64,000 bases of DNA from a virus (IMGVR_UViG_3300033463_000110:1587-65586), one strand, 5' to 3'. Counted from the stretch's first letter, positions 29,056-39,792 are shown. Numbers and translations: made by a program. Notes: a model not told the origin generated them from the letters alone.

Positions 29056-29571
29056 TCAAGCGGTTACTATCGAGCCGTTCTGCAATTTCATCTGTGTCAT
29101 CGGGTCATTGACCTTGAAATCCACCGTGAAGATGACGCGGGACATGCCATCCATCGTGTCATAGTCCCCCTCGCCGGGCATCTTGAACTCCGACAAACGG
29201 ACATGCCGGAAGCCGAAGCCCGTCCACCCGTCATAGGTGGAGAACTCGCCCCCGGACAGGAAATCCATGAAGTCGGTAATGCCCTCCTTGAGGTCAGAAA
29301 TCGCGGAAGTCTCGGTCGAACCCTTTGCGAACATCACGCACTCGGCCTTGAAGGTGAAAGCCTCGAAGAACATCTGCTCGGTGTATTCGTCATCGCCGTG
29401 TTCGTCCTTCCAATCGTTCTTGTAAGGCTCTTTCGGCTTGCGGAATGAAGGATAGTCGTGCGTCTTGACGATGACCGAGTAGATGGCTTTCACATCTACG
29501 GCTGATGAAGCCCCGTTCAACTGGATGTAGAACGGATGATATTCGCCTCGTATGGGTGGTACATATAGCAT
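29056..29571 (-). CDS. distal tail protein-like
   Basis: Directly after the tape measure; ends DFKVNDP. Start at MLYVPP. Confidence 0.65.
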   Translation of the reverse strand: MLYVPPIRGEYHPFYIQLNGASSAVDVKAIYSVIVKTHDYPSFRKPKEPYKNDWKDEHGDDEYTEQMFFEAFTFKAECVMFAKGSTETSAISDLKEGITDFMDFLSGGEFSTYDGWTGFGFRHVRLSEFKMPGEGDYDTMDGMSRVIFTVDFKVNDPMTQMKLQNGSIVTA

Positions 29572-29631
29572 TGCCTTGCAAGTATAGCAAGGCAAATGCG
29601 ATAAAAGGCAATTATTATTGACTTGTATTGA

Positions 29632-32600
29632 CTAATAGGACTCCACCCGGACGACCATCCCGCTTGTCCCCGGAGCTCCGATTACGGATTGCAGTTCGGC
29701 GAGGATGCTCTGGTTTGACTGCGCGATGTCGAAGTTCGTGGCGGCAATCTGGGCGAGGTGTTCGTTCAGCGTCGGGACGGATGATCCAAGCAGATTGATG
29801 CTTTCCCAACCCCTCTCCTGCATCATACGGATGGATGAAACATCGGCGCGGATCGCGTTGATGTAGGATGCGAGCAGGTTCGCGGTGTCCTCCGTGATTG
29901 ACTTGATGCCGGAACCGAGGGAGTTGCCCGTGTCCTCGTCGATGTTCATAAGACCCCTATCCTTGAAAGCCTCAATCATTCCGTTAATGGCGGGGGCGAG
30001 TGTTTCGCTTTCCTTTTGGATGTTGTCGGCAAAAACATCAAGCCAAGCGGCGTAGTCCTCCGGGGTCATTTCGCCGGTGGTGTATTTTCTCAAAGCGTCA
30101 TTCGCCTCGTCCTTGTACTTGCCGAGAATTTCCTCAAGGATATAGGATTGCAGGAAGGAACGGAGGATGGAGTCGCCGAGGTCGGCGAAGGTGTCCGAAA
30201 GGTCATCGACGGCGTTACCCATCCGCATGTAGTTGTCGATGAACTTGTCCGTCATGTCGGATGCGAGGTTGCCGAAAATGTCCTTCGTGGCCTCGTTTAT
30301 CTGCTCCATCGCGGCGGCGTAGTCCTCGGCGTATGCGATTGCGCCCTTGAGCCATTCTTCTGACCCCTTGTTCAACTTGCCGTATGTGTCAAGGACGGCC
30401 TGCAACAGTTGCGGGTTGAGATTGCCGTTCACGTCGGTCAGCTCCATATTGAACTCCTCCGCGAGTTCGCGCAAGTTCTTGAAATCGTGATGCAGACCAC
30501 CGATATAACTTTTTCTCGTGACAAAATTTGCATTTTCCGCAGGACCGTTATATTGGCCGTCATACCACATTTCGGTATTCTTTTCCTGTACTTTGCGGTA
30601 CTCAACCAAAGCATCGTTCAAATCACCCTGCCTTTTCGCAAGTTCGCCCAACCCTTCAACCGCGTTTCGGATACGGGCCGTGAAATCATCTCCAAACACT
30701 CCGCTTACACCATTTGAAAGGGTGTCCTGGAACGATGACCTTTGCGCCTCTATCCGTATGTCCTGTATCGCCTTTTCGAGTTGCCTTGCCTTTGTTTCCG
30801 CATCGACAAACGCCTGTGCGATACTGACAAGTCCACCGACAACCGCGCCAATCCATCCACCCTGGGCGAACCCGGCGGCGGCGTTCTTGGCGATGTTGGC
30901 AATCGTGGAAATGTTATCTGCAGCTTCCGTCAGTCCGGCATCCCCCGTAGCCTCACCGAGCTCACGGAAAGAGTCGGCAAGGGCGATGACCTGCGATGCG
31001 GCGTACTTCGCAAGTTTGCCGATTGCGTTCCTTTCCGAAAGTTTAAGTTCTTTAAGCCCCTTGTCAATGGCCGCTTTGATTTTGTCTCCCAGGGTGTCAA
31101 GCGTGAGGCCACTTTGTTTCGCGGCCTGCGCCATCTTTATCATGGACACGGTGGACTCGTCGAGCATGCTCGAAAGCATACCGAAATCGTCCTCGGTCAG
31201 TTCGCCGATGGTCATGCCCCACGAACCAAGAAGGCTCTCAATGTAGTCGAAATTACCCTCCCAACTCCGTTTGGCATCTTCACCAATGGCAATCAGTTCC
31301 TCGCGGAGGCGGCGTATCTGCCCAAGCGACTTCCCTGCAAGGTCGTCGAGGTTGACCCCACGGAGAAGGTACTGGTCTTTCAGGAACGATTGGGCGAGGT
31401 CGTTGATGCTCTCCTGCGCCTGCGCCCGGATGTACCCCTTTTCCGCATCCGCAAGTTCCTTGAGTTTCTCAATCTCCGCCGCTATCGCCTCGGCGTTGCC
31501 CTTGTGCGCCTCCTGCGCCTCCTTGACGGCCTTGAGGTACTTTTCATCGACCCCGCTGATCTTGGTGTTGTAGTCGGAGAACACCTTGCGGATGTCATAC
31601 TCGAAGCCGGTGCCGCCGAGGTTGAAGTCCTGCCCGGCCCACTCACGGAAGGTCTCCTGGTACTTCTCCAACGCCTTCTGCGCCTTGTCCGCCTCCTGTT
31701 TCGCCTTGATTACCTTGTTGACGGCATCAAGACCGAGGCTCGCCTCAATCCCGTCGGCAGCCTCCTTTCCTTCATCGCCCATCTTGCGGAGGCTTTCGAT
31801 AAGTTTCTCCAATTCTTCGTCAAGGCCTGACACATCCTTGCCCATGTTCTCGAACACCCATGCGCTTGCGGCATCCTCGCCGATGACGGGGGACAGTTTT
31901 TCGTATGCGGTCTTGTACTTCTCCAAAAGAGATATGTTCGCCCGGATGTCCGCGATGGCTTTCTTCCGGGCCTTGTCAGCGGCGCTTTCGCCCTTTCCAC
32001 GGTCGGTCGCACCCTCCTTGCCTCCGTTCCCAATATATCCCTCTAATTCGTTCTTCTTTTTAAGCAGCCGCTGTTTCATCTCATCATCATCGGATAGGCC
32101 CTTAATGATTTTATCTGCGGCATCGCGGGCTGCTTTTGCGCCCTTCGTGTCAAAGACAAGTCGCCATTCCTCAAGATAATTATTCGCGGCCACCTCGCCC
32201 TGCTCCGTCGAGTAGTTCGCCATAAAATCGGTCATGGTGGCCATCGTCGCGTCAATCGCATCAACTTGCTCATCCGCCGCCCGCCATTTCCTTGTTGCGC
32301 CCTTCGTGGCCCATTTGACGATTGGAACGGTGTTCGTAAGGAATTTGTACCACCCCTTTTCATCAACATCATCGTGGGTGTTTGCGGCAAATGCACTATC
32401 CCTCCATTTCTGCATTTCTTCGTTCACAACCTTCGCGGCTGCTTTCGCCGCCTTTTCCATGCTCATCCCGTCCCCAACGAGGTTGTTAACAATGCCCTCG
32501 AACTGTTCCTTGAATTGTTGTGTCAGGGCATCACTACCGATAACATCTTTCGTTCCCTGCGCCACGCGGTTGGCCCTGCTCGCCGCGAGGGATGTGGCGC

Positions 32601-33909
32601 GGACAATCTTCGTGAGCCAATCCACGATGTCCTTCATCGGCCCAGCGCTATCCCGGAAAGTCTGGATAAGACCCTCCCAAGCGGACTTCAAGAGGAGGGT
32701 GCTACCGTGAAGGGTGTTCAGCCGTTCGGACTGGATGTTCTTCAAGAGGCCATCGCTTTCCCTGACCTCCTTGTTTAGCCGCTTGATGTCATCCACGCCG
32801 TTGGCAAGGATAAGGAGCGCGGAACTCGCACGGGTGGAAACGAGTTTCGTGGCTTCGCCAGCCTCCAAGCCACGGTCGCGCATACCCTCCAATCCTCTCA
32901 CAAGGTCATCGAAGGTCTTGATGTTACCGCCCATCGCGGTCTGGAGCTTGCCGCCGGTCTTCGATAGTTCAAGCAAGACCTGGCGCAGACCCGTACCTGC
33001 CCTCGATGACTCCAACCCAGCATTGGTAAGGACGCCGAGGAGCGATGCCGTTTCCGCTATGTCAAGACCGATGGAGTGTGCGATTGCACCTACATACGGA
33101 AGGGACACCTTCAATTTCTCAAAGTCGAGCGCCGTCTTGTTGGTGGATGCTGTCAGTATTTCAAGCGTCCGGCGCATCTCTGTGGAGTGGAGACCGAACA
33201 TGCGAAGGGACGCACCGGCAAGGTTCGCGGCCTCCGGGAGGTTGGCACCGACGGCGGTTGCGAACTGCAACACGCTCGCCTGCATGTTTCGGATTTGCGG
33301 GATGTTGTAACCGAGTTTCGCAAGGGCGGTCTGCAATTCCGTCACCTGCGATGCAGTCCATTCCGTCGTGCGCCCGAGCATGAGGGCGTCGTTCGTCAAG
33401 ACCTCGATCTCCCGCCGCGACACCTGCATAATGGTTGCAAGGTTCGCGTTGGCCTGCTGGAACTCGCTTATCTTCTTGATGGCGGAGCCAATCGTCCGCG
33501 TGAACAGGCGGATGGCCGATATGATGCTCCACACGGTCGCGGAGAAACGAAGCCAGACACGGGTAAGGGAACTCCCCGTTCCGGTCAGCGATCCGGCGGA
33601 TTTCTCAATCGCCGTCTTGACCTTCTGCTGGGCGAGGGCGGTCTTTTCCGTCTCCGTCCGTACCTTCTGCTCCGCAAGCGCCTGTTTCGCCTTCGCCTCC
33701 GCGGTCTTCGCCGCCGCCTGGGCGAGTTTCTGCTCGTCAAGGTACGCGGTCTTTGAACCCGTGTTGATCTTGTTCTTCGCGTTGAGTATCTCCGTGAGGG
33801 ACGTGTTCAACTTCTTCGCAAGTTCGATGTCCTTCTGTACGGATTGCTCGAATTTCTTATCGTTGAGTATGACCTCAAAATTGAGGGAGTCGATGTTTCC
33901 AGCGGCCAT
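29632..33909 (-). CDS. tail tape measure protein
   Basis: 1425 aa, Ala-rich helical, TP901-like core (LGRTTEWTASQV, SRAGTGLRQV). Confidence 0.92.
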   Translation of the reverse strand: MAAGNIDSLNFEVILNDKKFEQSVQKDIELAKKLNTSLTEILNAKNKINTGSKTAYLDEQKLAQAAAKTAEAKAKQALAEQKVRTETEKTALAQQKVKTAIEKSAGSLTGTGSSLTRVWLRFSATVWSIISAIRLFTRTIGSAIKKISEFQQANANLATIMQVSRREIEVLTNDALMLGRTTEWTASQVTELQTALAKLGYNIPQIRNMQASVLQFATAVGANLPEAANLAGASLRMFGLHSTEMRRTLEILTASTNKTALDFEKLKVSLPYVGAIAHSIGLDIAETASLLGVLTNAGLESSRAGTGLRQVLLELSKTGGKLQTAMGGNIKTFDDLVRGLEGMRDRGLEAGEATKLVSTRASSALLILANGVDDIKRLNKEVRESDGLLKNIQSERLNTLHGSTLLLKSAWEGLIQTFRDSAGPMKDIVDWLTKIVRATSLAASRANRVAQGTKDVIGSDALTQQFKEQFEGIVNNLVGDGMSMEKAAKAAAKVVNEEMQKWRDSAFAANTHDDVDEKGWYKFLTNTVPIVKWATKGATRKWRAADEQVDAIDATMATMTDFMANYSTEQGEVAANNYLEEWRLVFDTKGAKAARDAADKIIKGLSDDDEMKQRLLKKKNELEGYIGNGGKEGATDRGKGESAADKARKKAIADIRANISLLEKYKTAYEKLSPVIGEDAASAWVFENMGKDVSGLDEELEKLIESLRKMGDEGKEAADGIEASLGLDAVNKVIKAKQEADKAQKALEKYQETFREWAGQDFNLGGTGFEYDIRKVFSDYNTKISGVDEKYLKAVKEAQEAHKGNAEAIAAEIEKLKELADAEKGYIRAQAQESINDLAQSFLKDQYLLRGVNLDDLAGKSLGQIRRLREELIAIGEDAKRSWEGNFDYIESLLGSWGMTIGELTEDDFGMLSSMLDESTVSMIKMAQAAKQSGLTLDTLGDKIKAAIDKGLKELKLSERNAIGKLAKYAASQVIALADSFRELGEATGDAGLTEAADNISTIANIAKNAAAGFAQGGWIGAVVGGLVSIAQAFVDAETKARQLEKAIQDIRIEAQRSSFQDTLSNGVSGVFGDDFTARIRNAVEGLGELAKRQGDLNDALVEYRKVQEKNTEMWYDGQYNGPAENANFVTRKSYIGGLHHDFKNLRELAEEFNMELTDVNGNLNPQLLQAVLDTYGKLNKGSEEWLKGAIAYAEDYAAAMEQINEATKDIFGNLASDMTDKFIDNYMRMGNAVDDLSDTFADLGDSILRSFLQSYILEEILGKYKDEANDALRKYTTGEMTPEDYAAWLDVFADNIQKESETLAPAINGMIEAFKDRGLMNIDEDTGNSLGSGIKSITEDTANLLASYINAIRADVSSIRMMQERGWESINLLGSSVPTLNEHLAQIAATNFDIAQSNQSILAELQSVIGAPGTSGMVVRVESY

Positions 33910-33915
33910 TTTTTG

Positions 33916-34352
33916 TTATTTGTTAAATAGTTCGTCTATCGTGTATCGAACATCATTTCCCGACGACCGCATCCTTTCCCGCATCCTCTTGTTCGCCTCC
34001 TCCTGGAGCTTGAACGCCCTGTCGTTGGGGTTGTATCTGTAATTCTCATCCGGCCCCCGTCTCTTGCCCTTCCGCTTTTTCTTGTCGCGAGAGTAAAGCG
34101 TGTGCGGAAGGTCTGCCTGCATCAGTTCTATCTGGGCGCAAGTCAGGATGCAACGGTATCCGAAGTTGCGTTCCCACCTTCCGAGCCTCCAACGGGGCCG
34201 TCCGTATTCTGGGAAGTCCTTGACGAAAGCCGCCTCGCTTCCGAAAGAAGTTCTGCTCGGTATCGCTCTGCTTCCCGTTTCGTCATCGTCATCCAATCCG
34301 TCCTCATATCCATCGAGTACGCCATAGTCCCGTAGTGGGCCAAAAGAGGTAG
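33916..34352 (-). CDS. tail assembly chaperone, -1 frame (gpT-like) portion
   Basis: Frame is open from the A9 slippery tract (34353-34361) to 33916 and is -1 relative to the upstream chaperone. Confidence 0.6.
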
Positions 34353-34715
34353 TTTTTTTTTACCCTCTTCAATGATGGGGACTATCTGCGTCTCGTTGTA
34401 CCTGTGCGCCAACCAGCGCCAATAAATGCCGTAAAAAAGCCGTATCTTGATGTCGTGGTTGAGTATCATCAGTGCGGCCTCCTTGAACGCGAAATACGGC
34501 TCTTTCGCAAGGTCTTTCAATACGTCCGAACCTTTCTCTATCTTCGCCGCCGCGAGGTCGCGTTCAATCCATACTTTCGTTATCCGCTCCATCGTGTATG
34601 GTTTCATCCAACGGAGACGGACACTCCTTTTCGTGCCTTTTATCGGTACTACCGACACCGAGTTCTCCACGATGTCCATGTACTCTTTCCTTTGCTCAAG
34701 GGTGGGCTGTTTCAT
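34143..34715 (-). CDS. tail assembly chaperone (gpG-like)
   Basis: Lies between the major tail gene and tape measure; contains GGT AAA AAA AAA CTA. Confidence 0.7.
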   Translation of the reverse strand: MKQPTLEQRKEYMDIVENSVSVVPIKGTKRSVRLRWMKPYTMERITKVWIERDLAAAKIEKGSDVLKDLAKEPYFAFKEAALMILNHDIKIRLFYGIYWRWLAHRYNETQIVPIIEEGKKKLPLLAHYGTMAYSMDMRTDWMTMTKREAERYRAELLSEARRLSSRTSQNTDGPVGGSEGGNATSDTVAS

Positions 34716-34732
34716 GGGATTGCTTTGTATTA

Positions 34733-34766
34733 AAAAGGGGCGGGGGCATTACACCCCGCCCCACGG
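34733..34766 (-). terminator. intrinsic terminator after the major tail protein
   Basis: GGGGCGGGG/CCCCGCCCC stem followed by a T run on the minus strand. Confidence 0.75.
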
Positions 34767-34793
34767 TTAGGTTTAAGTTCCCATAATGGGTGG

Positions 34794-35414
34794 TTAGGCG
34801 GTCGGAGCGGCGGTAGCCTTGAGAACCGCGAAGTCGCCAACCGGGTTGCCGTTCTTCGTGTACGGGTTCGGGAGGATGAAGCCCGTGAAGGAGAGGTACA
34901 GTGGGTTGGAGTTGTCGTCCTTCTTCGGCTTGGAAACGATGAGCTTCACATGCGGGAAGAGGATGGCGGTGTTCTTGGTCTCGGACTCGGCGAGGACCGT
35001 GACTTCCACGATGTTCGGGGTGGCCATAAAGCCCTTGCCCGTGTAGAAGGTGCCTTCAGCGCCCTTCACACCGGTCGGGGATGAGACGGTCCCGGCGGCG
35101 ATGGCGGAACCGGCATCGTAGAACTTCTCGAACAGGGCCTGCGCCTGGGACGGGATGTTGCCCGTCATGGTCCAGTTGCCGGACTTATCGATGGCCACGT
35201 CGATGACCTCACGGTGCTGGTCGATGCGGATGTCCGTGGAGGACGGATCGTCACAGGAGAGGTTGAACGTATCTTCCAGGGTGTAGAGCTGGTCGGCGGA
35301 GGAGAAGTCCAGGCCGCTGGTGATGTCCACGCCACCGGAGGCATAGTCCAGGATGGAAAGGCATGCGTTGCCGATATGGAGGTCGTCAAGCATTGCGTGG
35401 GTGAGAGTTGCCAT
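34794..35414 (-). CDS. major tail protein
   Basis: Position, size and beta-rich composition; own terminator. Confidence 0.75.
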   Translation of the reverse strand: MATLTHAMLDDLHIGNACLSILDYASGGVDITSGLDFSSADQLYTLEDTFNLSCDDPSSTDIRIDQHREVIDVAIDKSGNWTMTGNIPSQAQALFEKFYDAGSAIAAGTVSSPTGVKGAEGTFYTGKGFMATPNIVEVTVLAESETKNTAILFPHVKLIVSKPKKDDNSNPLYLSFTGFILPNPYTKNGNPVGDFAVLKATAAPTA

Positions 35415-35419
35415 AGTAT

Positions 35420-35815
35420 CTATACTGCTTTAATGTATAAACGAAAACTGATTATCCTTGCGTGAAATCCAAAGTCGTCGGGTGTGTCGCCCACTATGCG
35501 CGGGTGGCCATCTATGAGGAACTTACCTTCATTGGGCCATAGGGGGAGTCCCATAAGGGCCTTCTGCATGACGGACAACTTCTTCGAGTTCTTCATCTCC
35601 ATCACGTCCCTGGCGAAAAGGTGGATGGCTATCCGGCATTGGCCGAATGCGGCCTTGTCCGAAATGCCACCCGACACCTTCACCACGGCGAAGTCGGAAA
35701 TGGAGTCGTCCGTAACCTTCGGTCGGTTGTTCCAGACGTTGGTGGAAACCCCGAGTCCACGGACCGCATCCGATACGGCTTTCTCAATGTCGGTTATGTC
35801 GAAATCATTCATCAT
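35420..35815 (-). CDS. tail terminator-like protein
   Basis: Synteny in the head-tail joining block. Confidence 0.6.
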   Translation of the reverse strand: MMNDFDITDIEKAVSDAVRGLGVSTNVWNNRPKVTDDSISDFAVVKVSGGISDKAAFGQCRIAIHLFARDVMEMKNSKKLSVMQKALMGLPLWPNEGKFLIDGHPRIVGDTPDDFGFHARIISFRLYIKAV

Positions 35816-35817
35816 GG

Positions 35818-36279
35818 CTACATCGGTAAATTAGAAGCCGGGCCGGAGATGGGATTGAAAAACAACCGCCAGTTATCCCTGATGTCCTGCTCCGTGAGAA
35901 GGAGTATCCACTCCTCATAGTCCACAGCGAAATACATCGGCCCTTCACCCTTCATCGAGGCGAGGAGGATACCAACCCACCCGGTCTGCGACACGGTGCG
36001 AGACACCGCCATCATTTGCTGGTAGGCGTTACCCGTCCCATGCCTTCCGTCGTTCGTTTTCGAGGCAACGGCACGGCCATCGTGTAGGACGCACCAGCCG
36101 TAGGAGTTCTCCGTGGCCTTATGTACCCAATGCGTTGCATCGTGGAACGAAAGCGCCGCGAGCATCGCGTTCTCCATAAGGTCTTTCATACCCGCCTCGA
36201 TAACACGGTCCTTCGACCCGGAAAGGCGCGAGAAACCCCTCTTGATGACGGAATTGTTTTTCGACTCGTACTTGCCCAT
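35818..36279 (-). CDS. tail completion / HK97 gp10-like protein
   Basis: Synteny; ENSYGW and MYFAVDYE motifs. Confidence 0.55.
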   Translation of the reverse strand: MGKYESKNNSVIKRGFSRLSGSKDRVIEAGMKDLMENAMLAALSFHDATHWVHKATENSYGWCVLHDGRAVASKTNDGRHGTGNAYQQMMAVSRTVSQTGWVGILLASMKGEGPMYFAVDYEEWILLLTEQDIRDNWRLFFNPISGPASNLPM

Positions 36280-36689
36280 CAGTTCTTGATGTTGTCTATC
36301 CAGAGGTTCGTCCCCCAGTTATAGGTTGTCATCTTCACAACCTTCACACGGAAGGTGTGAACATAATCGGTCATAATGAGGATCGTCCCGGACGGGATGT
36401 CGGTCAAGAGCATGGGGCAGGAAATCTTGTAGTCCGCCACCCAGACCTCGCCGGATGTCTTCATACCACCGGTGGATGTCCGGTAGCCCCACGGCACTTC
36501 CTCGACGTACTCCGTCTGGAACGAGCCGTCGGCGTTGCGCGACGGGTTCCATTGCGGGTCGTACACAATCCTTTCGACTTGCATACTTCCCGTAACGGGG
36601 TTCCCATCCGCATCCGTGATGGGGAGTCCGTTCTCGTCGAGCCTTTCGACGAGTACCGTGAAGGTATGGGGCCAACGGGGGTTATACAT
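36279..36689 (-). CDS. head closure protein-like
   Basis: Start MYNPRWPHT overlapping the upstream stop; synteny. Confidence 0.6.
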   Translation of the reverse strand: MYNPRWPHTFTVLVERLDENGLPITDADGNPVTGSMQVERIVYDPQWNPSRNADGSFQTEYVEEVPWGYRTSTGGMKTSGEVWVADYKISCPMLLTDIPSGTILIMTDYVHTFRVKVVKMTTYNWGTNLWIDNIKN

Positions 36690-37063
36690 CAGTAGAGGTC
36701 TTTCATTCGGATTTTGGGGTTGGGATCGACGAACGGCTCGTCCCACTTGTCGTAGAGGTCTTTCGCCATCTGCATCAGGGCGTCACGGTTGATGACGTTC
36801 TTGATTGCGACGTAGTGGGTCCAGCCGCCGTCCGACTCTCCCTGGGTTCCCGACTTTACGGAAGAAACGGCGGCACCGAAATAAGTATCAGCGAGGATAA
36901 GGTCGCGAGTCCTTTCATCAACCTCCGCAACGGTGATCTCGTCATCATCGACGCCCCTGTGAAGGAGGGTCGCATAGATGAAATCATCGGAGAGGTCGAG
37001 GATAAGGTCGGTCTTTGCTTTCAGCCACCTTGCGATGGTCATGCTTTCTGCGATGCTTGCCAT
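36689..37063 (-). CDS. head-tail adaptor-like protein
   Basis: First gene after the capsid gene; GESDGGWTH motif. Confidence 0.6.
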   Translation of the reverse strand: MASIAESMTIARWLKAKTDLILDLSDDFIYATLLHRGVDDDEITVAEVDERTRDLILADTYFGAAVSSVKSGTQGESDGGWTHYVAIKNVINRDALMQMAKDLYDKWDEPFVDPNPKIRMKDLY

Positions 37064-37099
37064 TTCTTCCGTCGGATTACACGTTTGTCAAAGAGCTGA

Positions 37100-38266
37100 T
37101 TAGGCGTTCGGGAAGAGATACCACATGAACTGCGGCACGGACGGGATGACCAGGGAGGTCATTTCCGTGTTGTAGCTCTGGCACTTCTTCACATAGTCAA
37201 CGCCCACGGTGAGCAGGAGCTTGCCGCCGTAGAAGGAACCATACTGGCCACCTTCGATGGCGATAGGCTCGACGGTCTTGACGACACCGATCTGTCCGTC
37301 CGGGACATAGACCCAGACATCCTTCTCGAATGCGTTCACGTTGGACTTGACGAAAGCCTTTTCGGTCTTGTCAATGCTCTCGATGGGAACGAGGGAGTCA
37401 ATGGCCTTGATGGGCGCGTCAATGAGGGCCTCGAGGCGGGCTTTCAGCACATCGTAGGGCTGGATGCGGGCGTAAGCCAACTGTGAGGTGGAGTCGCTGG
37501 CCGGGAGCATCGAGGTGCCGATGACGGCGAGGACGGCGGGATGGGCGAGGCACTCCTTGAGGTAGTTGATTTCAACCTCGAAGTGGCCGCGAATACCCTT
37601 GTTGCGAGCGGCCTGGACAACGGCCTTGAGGTCGTTGATGGGGTCGGCGGCAGAGCCCTTGTTGGCGTCGGTGTGGGTGGAGGAAGTCCACCAGCGGGCG
37701 TTGTCCTGGAGAGTGGTCTTGTTCTCGGCGGGGATGTGGTAGTCGATGACGACGTTCTTGATACCCTTCGGGTTGTTGGTTGCGTTGATGGCGAACTTAC
37801 CCTTGGACACGGCCTGGTGACGCTGATAGGTCAGGGCGTTGGTGTGACCGCCGATGAGGTTGTCAACGGTGATGAAGAGTTGCTGGTAGGCGATGTCCGC
37901 GATCTGGGCGGCGGAAGTGGAACGCCGGTCCTCGATGAGCTTCATCTTGCGGAGCTTGTCCTCATTGAAGTATTCGACCTTCTTCATGCGCGGGATTTTG
38001 CCCGTGTAGGACTTGAAGCCCGGAGTGCCGTCCGGCAGGGCGGGGGAGTCGAGGTCGTAGTACTGCGCGGTGGCGTTGAGGCCGACCTCGCCGAACACCT
38101 GCTCAAAGGTGAAGTCCGTCTGCATGAACGGCTCAAATGCGAAACCGTCAAGCTGGAGGTTGTTGTACTTGAGCGCGAGGGTGTTGTCAAGGAAAGTCTG
38201 GATGCTCTCGCCCGGACCGAGGGCGCGGGAGAGAAGGTCGTAGAACTGAATGTTGTAGGTATCCAT
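37100..38266 (-). CDS. major capsid protein (lambda gpE-like)
   Basis: 388 aa; IDYHIP and DPINDL motifs; follows the decoration and scaffold genes. Confidence 0.85.
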   Translation of the reverse strand: MDTYNIQFYDLLSRALGPGESIQTFLDNTLALKYNNLQLDGFAFEPFMQTDFTFEQVFGEVGLNATAQYYDLDSPALPDGTPGFKSYTGKIPRMKKVEYFNEDKLRKMKLIEDRRSTSAAQIADIAYQQLFITVDNLIGGHTNALTYQRHQAVSKGKFAINATNNPKGIKNVVIDYHIPAENKTTLQDNARWWTSSTHTDANKGSAADPINDLKAVVQAARNKGIRGHFEVEINYLKECLAHPAVLAVIGTSMLPASDSTSQLAYARIQPYDVLKARLEALIDAPIKAIDSLVPIESIDKTEKAFVKSNVNAFEKDVWVYVPDGQIGVVKTVEPIAIEGGQYGSFYGGKLLLTVGVDYVKKCQSYNTEMTSLVIPSVPQFMWYLFPNA

Positions 38267-38292
38267 AGTGTTTTCTCCTATTCGTTAATGGG

Positions 38293-38991
38293 TTAGACAA
38301 GCACCTGAAGGACACCCGGAACAGCGGCCTTCATCTGGGCCTTGACGGGGGCGGAAGGAGTCAGTTCGACGAGCAGACCGCCGTGATGGTACATCACGAC
38401 AGCGCCGGTGGCGGCGATGGTGTAGTTGTTAGCGTCGCCTTCGAGGTCGCCGAAGTAGATGTCGTTGTAGAGATAGCCATTCGGCTTCACGGCGAGGCTC
38501 TTGGAAGAACCAGCGGCGGCGGCGGAAGACAGGGAGATGGCATCACCGGCGGAGAGGGAATCGACCGTGGCGGAGTGGGAGACCTTGACCTCGTAGCAAC
38601 CGGCGTTGTCGCCGGAGGTGAGAAGGTCAATGGAAGCAACTGCGGCGGCTTTACCAGTGGAGGTGAAAGCGGAGCCGACCTTCTGAACGAAGTCGCCCAC
38701 GGCGGGGACCGCACCGTTCATGTCCTTGATGATGATGGAGTCGGTGGTCACGGAAGTGCCGTCACCAGCGTTGAACGCCACCACTTCCCAAGCGAAGAAG
38801 GGCTTGATGATTTTGTCGGCGAGTTCGACCGGAGCGCCAGCGCCAAGGAAGAAGCCCTTGCTGGCATAAGCCTTGTCGAGAGTGCCACCCACGGGGACCG
38901 GGCCAACGAAGTCCAGCCACACGGGGACGTGGCTCTGGCCGGACTCATTGGCGGCGGAGCCAAACGTGTTGAATGTACTGAAAGTAGGCAT
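38293..38991 (-). CDS. head decoration protein-like
   Basis: Between scaffold and capsid; KPNGYLYNDI motif. Confidence 0.6.
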   Translation of the reverse strand: MPTFSTFNTFGSAANESGQSHVPVWLDFVGPVPVGGTLDKAYASKGFFLGAGAPVELADKIIKPFFAWEVVAFNAGDGTSVTTDSIIIKDMNGAVPAVGDFVQKVGSAFTSTGKAAAVASIDLLTSGDNAGCYEVKVSHSATVDSLSAGDAISLSSAAAAGSSKSLAVKPNGYLYNDIYFGDLEGDANNYTIAATGAVVMYHHGGLLVELTPSAPVKAQMKAAVPGVLQVLV

Positions 38992-39009
38992 GTTGTTAAT
39001 GATTAGGGA

Positions 39010-39669
39010 TTACTTGTCCTTCGGGGGAAGAAGACCCTGCTGCCGGAGGAAGTCGTTCTTGTGGGCGGTGGCTGATTTCGCATCGGCAAAAGCCTGCCCG
39101 CCGAGTCCAGGTACGGCCCCGTCACCGAACACCTCCTTGTAGGAGTCGTTGTATTCGGCCTTGAGCCTTGCGACCGCGTTGTCCTCCGTCTCGTCTTGTC
39201 CGAGGGTGAAACCCTTCATCGTGGACTTGAGGATACCGGAGTTCACGCATCCCTCCATCTTGAGCCTCGCCGTGATAGCGTCGCGGACAACCTTGTCCGC
39301 CTTCTCCCTGTCCTCCCTCTCGAAACGCTCCCGGAGAGTCTTCGCCCATTCGGGTTCCGGCATCTCTGCTGGTTTCGCGGGTTCTGGAGCGGGGTCGCCA
39401 CCATCCGGCTTCGGCGCGGGGTTCTTCTCCTTGTAGGCATCGAAGGCGCGTTGCAAGTCGGTCTTGTTGGAAATCTCCTTGTCACGCATCTTCATCAGTT
39501 CGTTTGCGATGAGTCCCATCGTTTCGGCATCAGCGGCAGCCGCCTCGATTTCATCCTCGCTTGTGACCGTCTTTTCTCTCGCCGTGGCAATCCGGTCGAT
39601 AGCCTCGTTGCTCAATCCAAAGCGCTGATACTTCGTCTTGAGCGCACTTGCGATGTTTTCTTTGAACAT
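39010..39669 (-). CDS. capsid scaffold protein
   Basis: LKTKYQRFGLSNEAI, EPEWAK motif, charged helical composition. Confidence 0.7.
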   Translation of the reverse strand: MFKENIASALKTKYQRFGLSNEAIDRIATAREKTVTSEDEIEAAAADAETMGLIANELMKMRDKEISNKTDLQRAFDAYKEKNPAPKPDGGDPAPEPAKPAEMPEPEWAKTLRERFEREDREKADKVVRDAITARLKMEGCVNSGILKSTMKGFTLGQDETEDNAVARLKAEYNDSYKEVFGDGAVPGLGGQAFADAKSATAHKNDFLRQQGLLPPKDK

Positions 39670-39792
39670 GTTTTCAATGAACTATTTAGGTTATGAAATA
39701 GCCCGAAGCGGAAATCCCCAACGGGACTTCTACTCCGGGCCTGGATGGTTATCAAGTAACTCTTGTTAGCCTCTATGTGCGCTCAAACGGCG

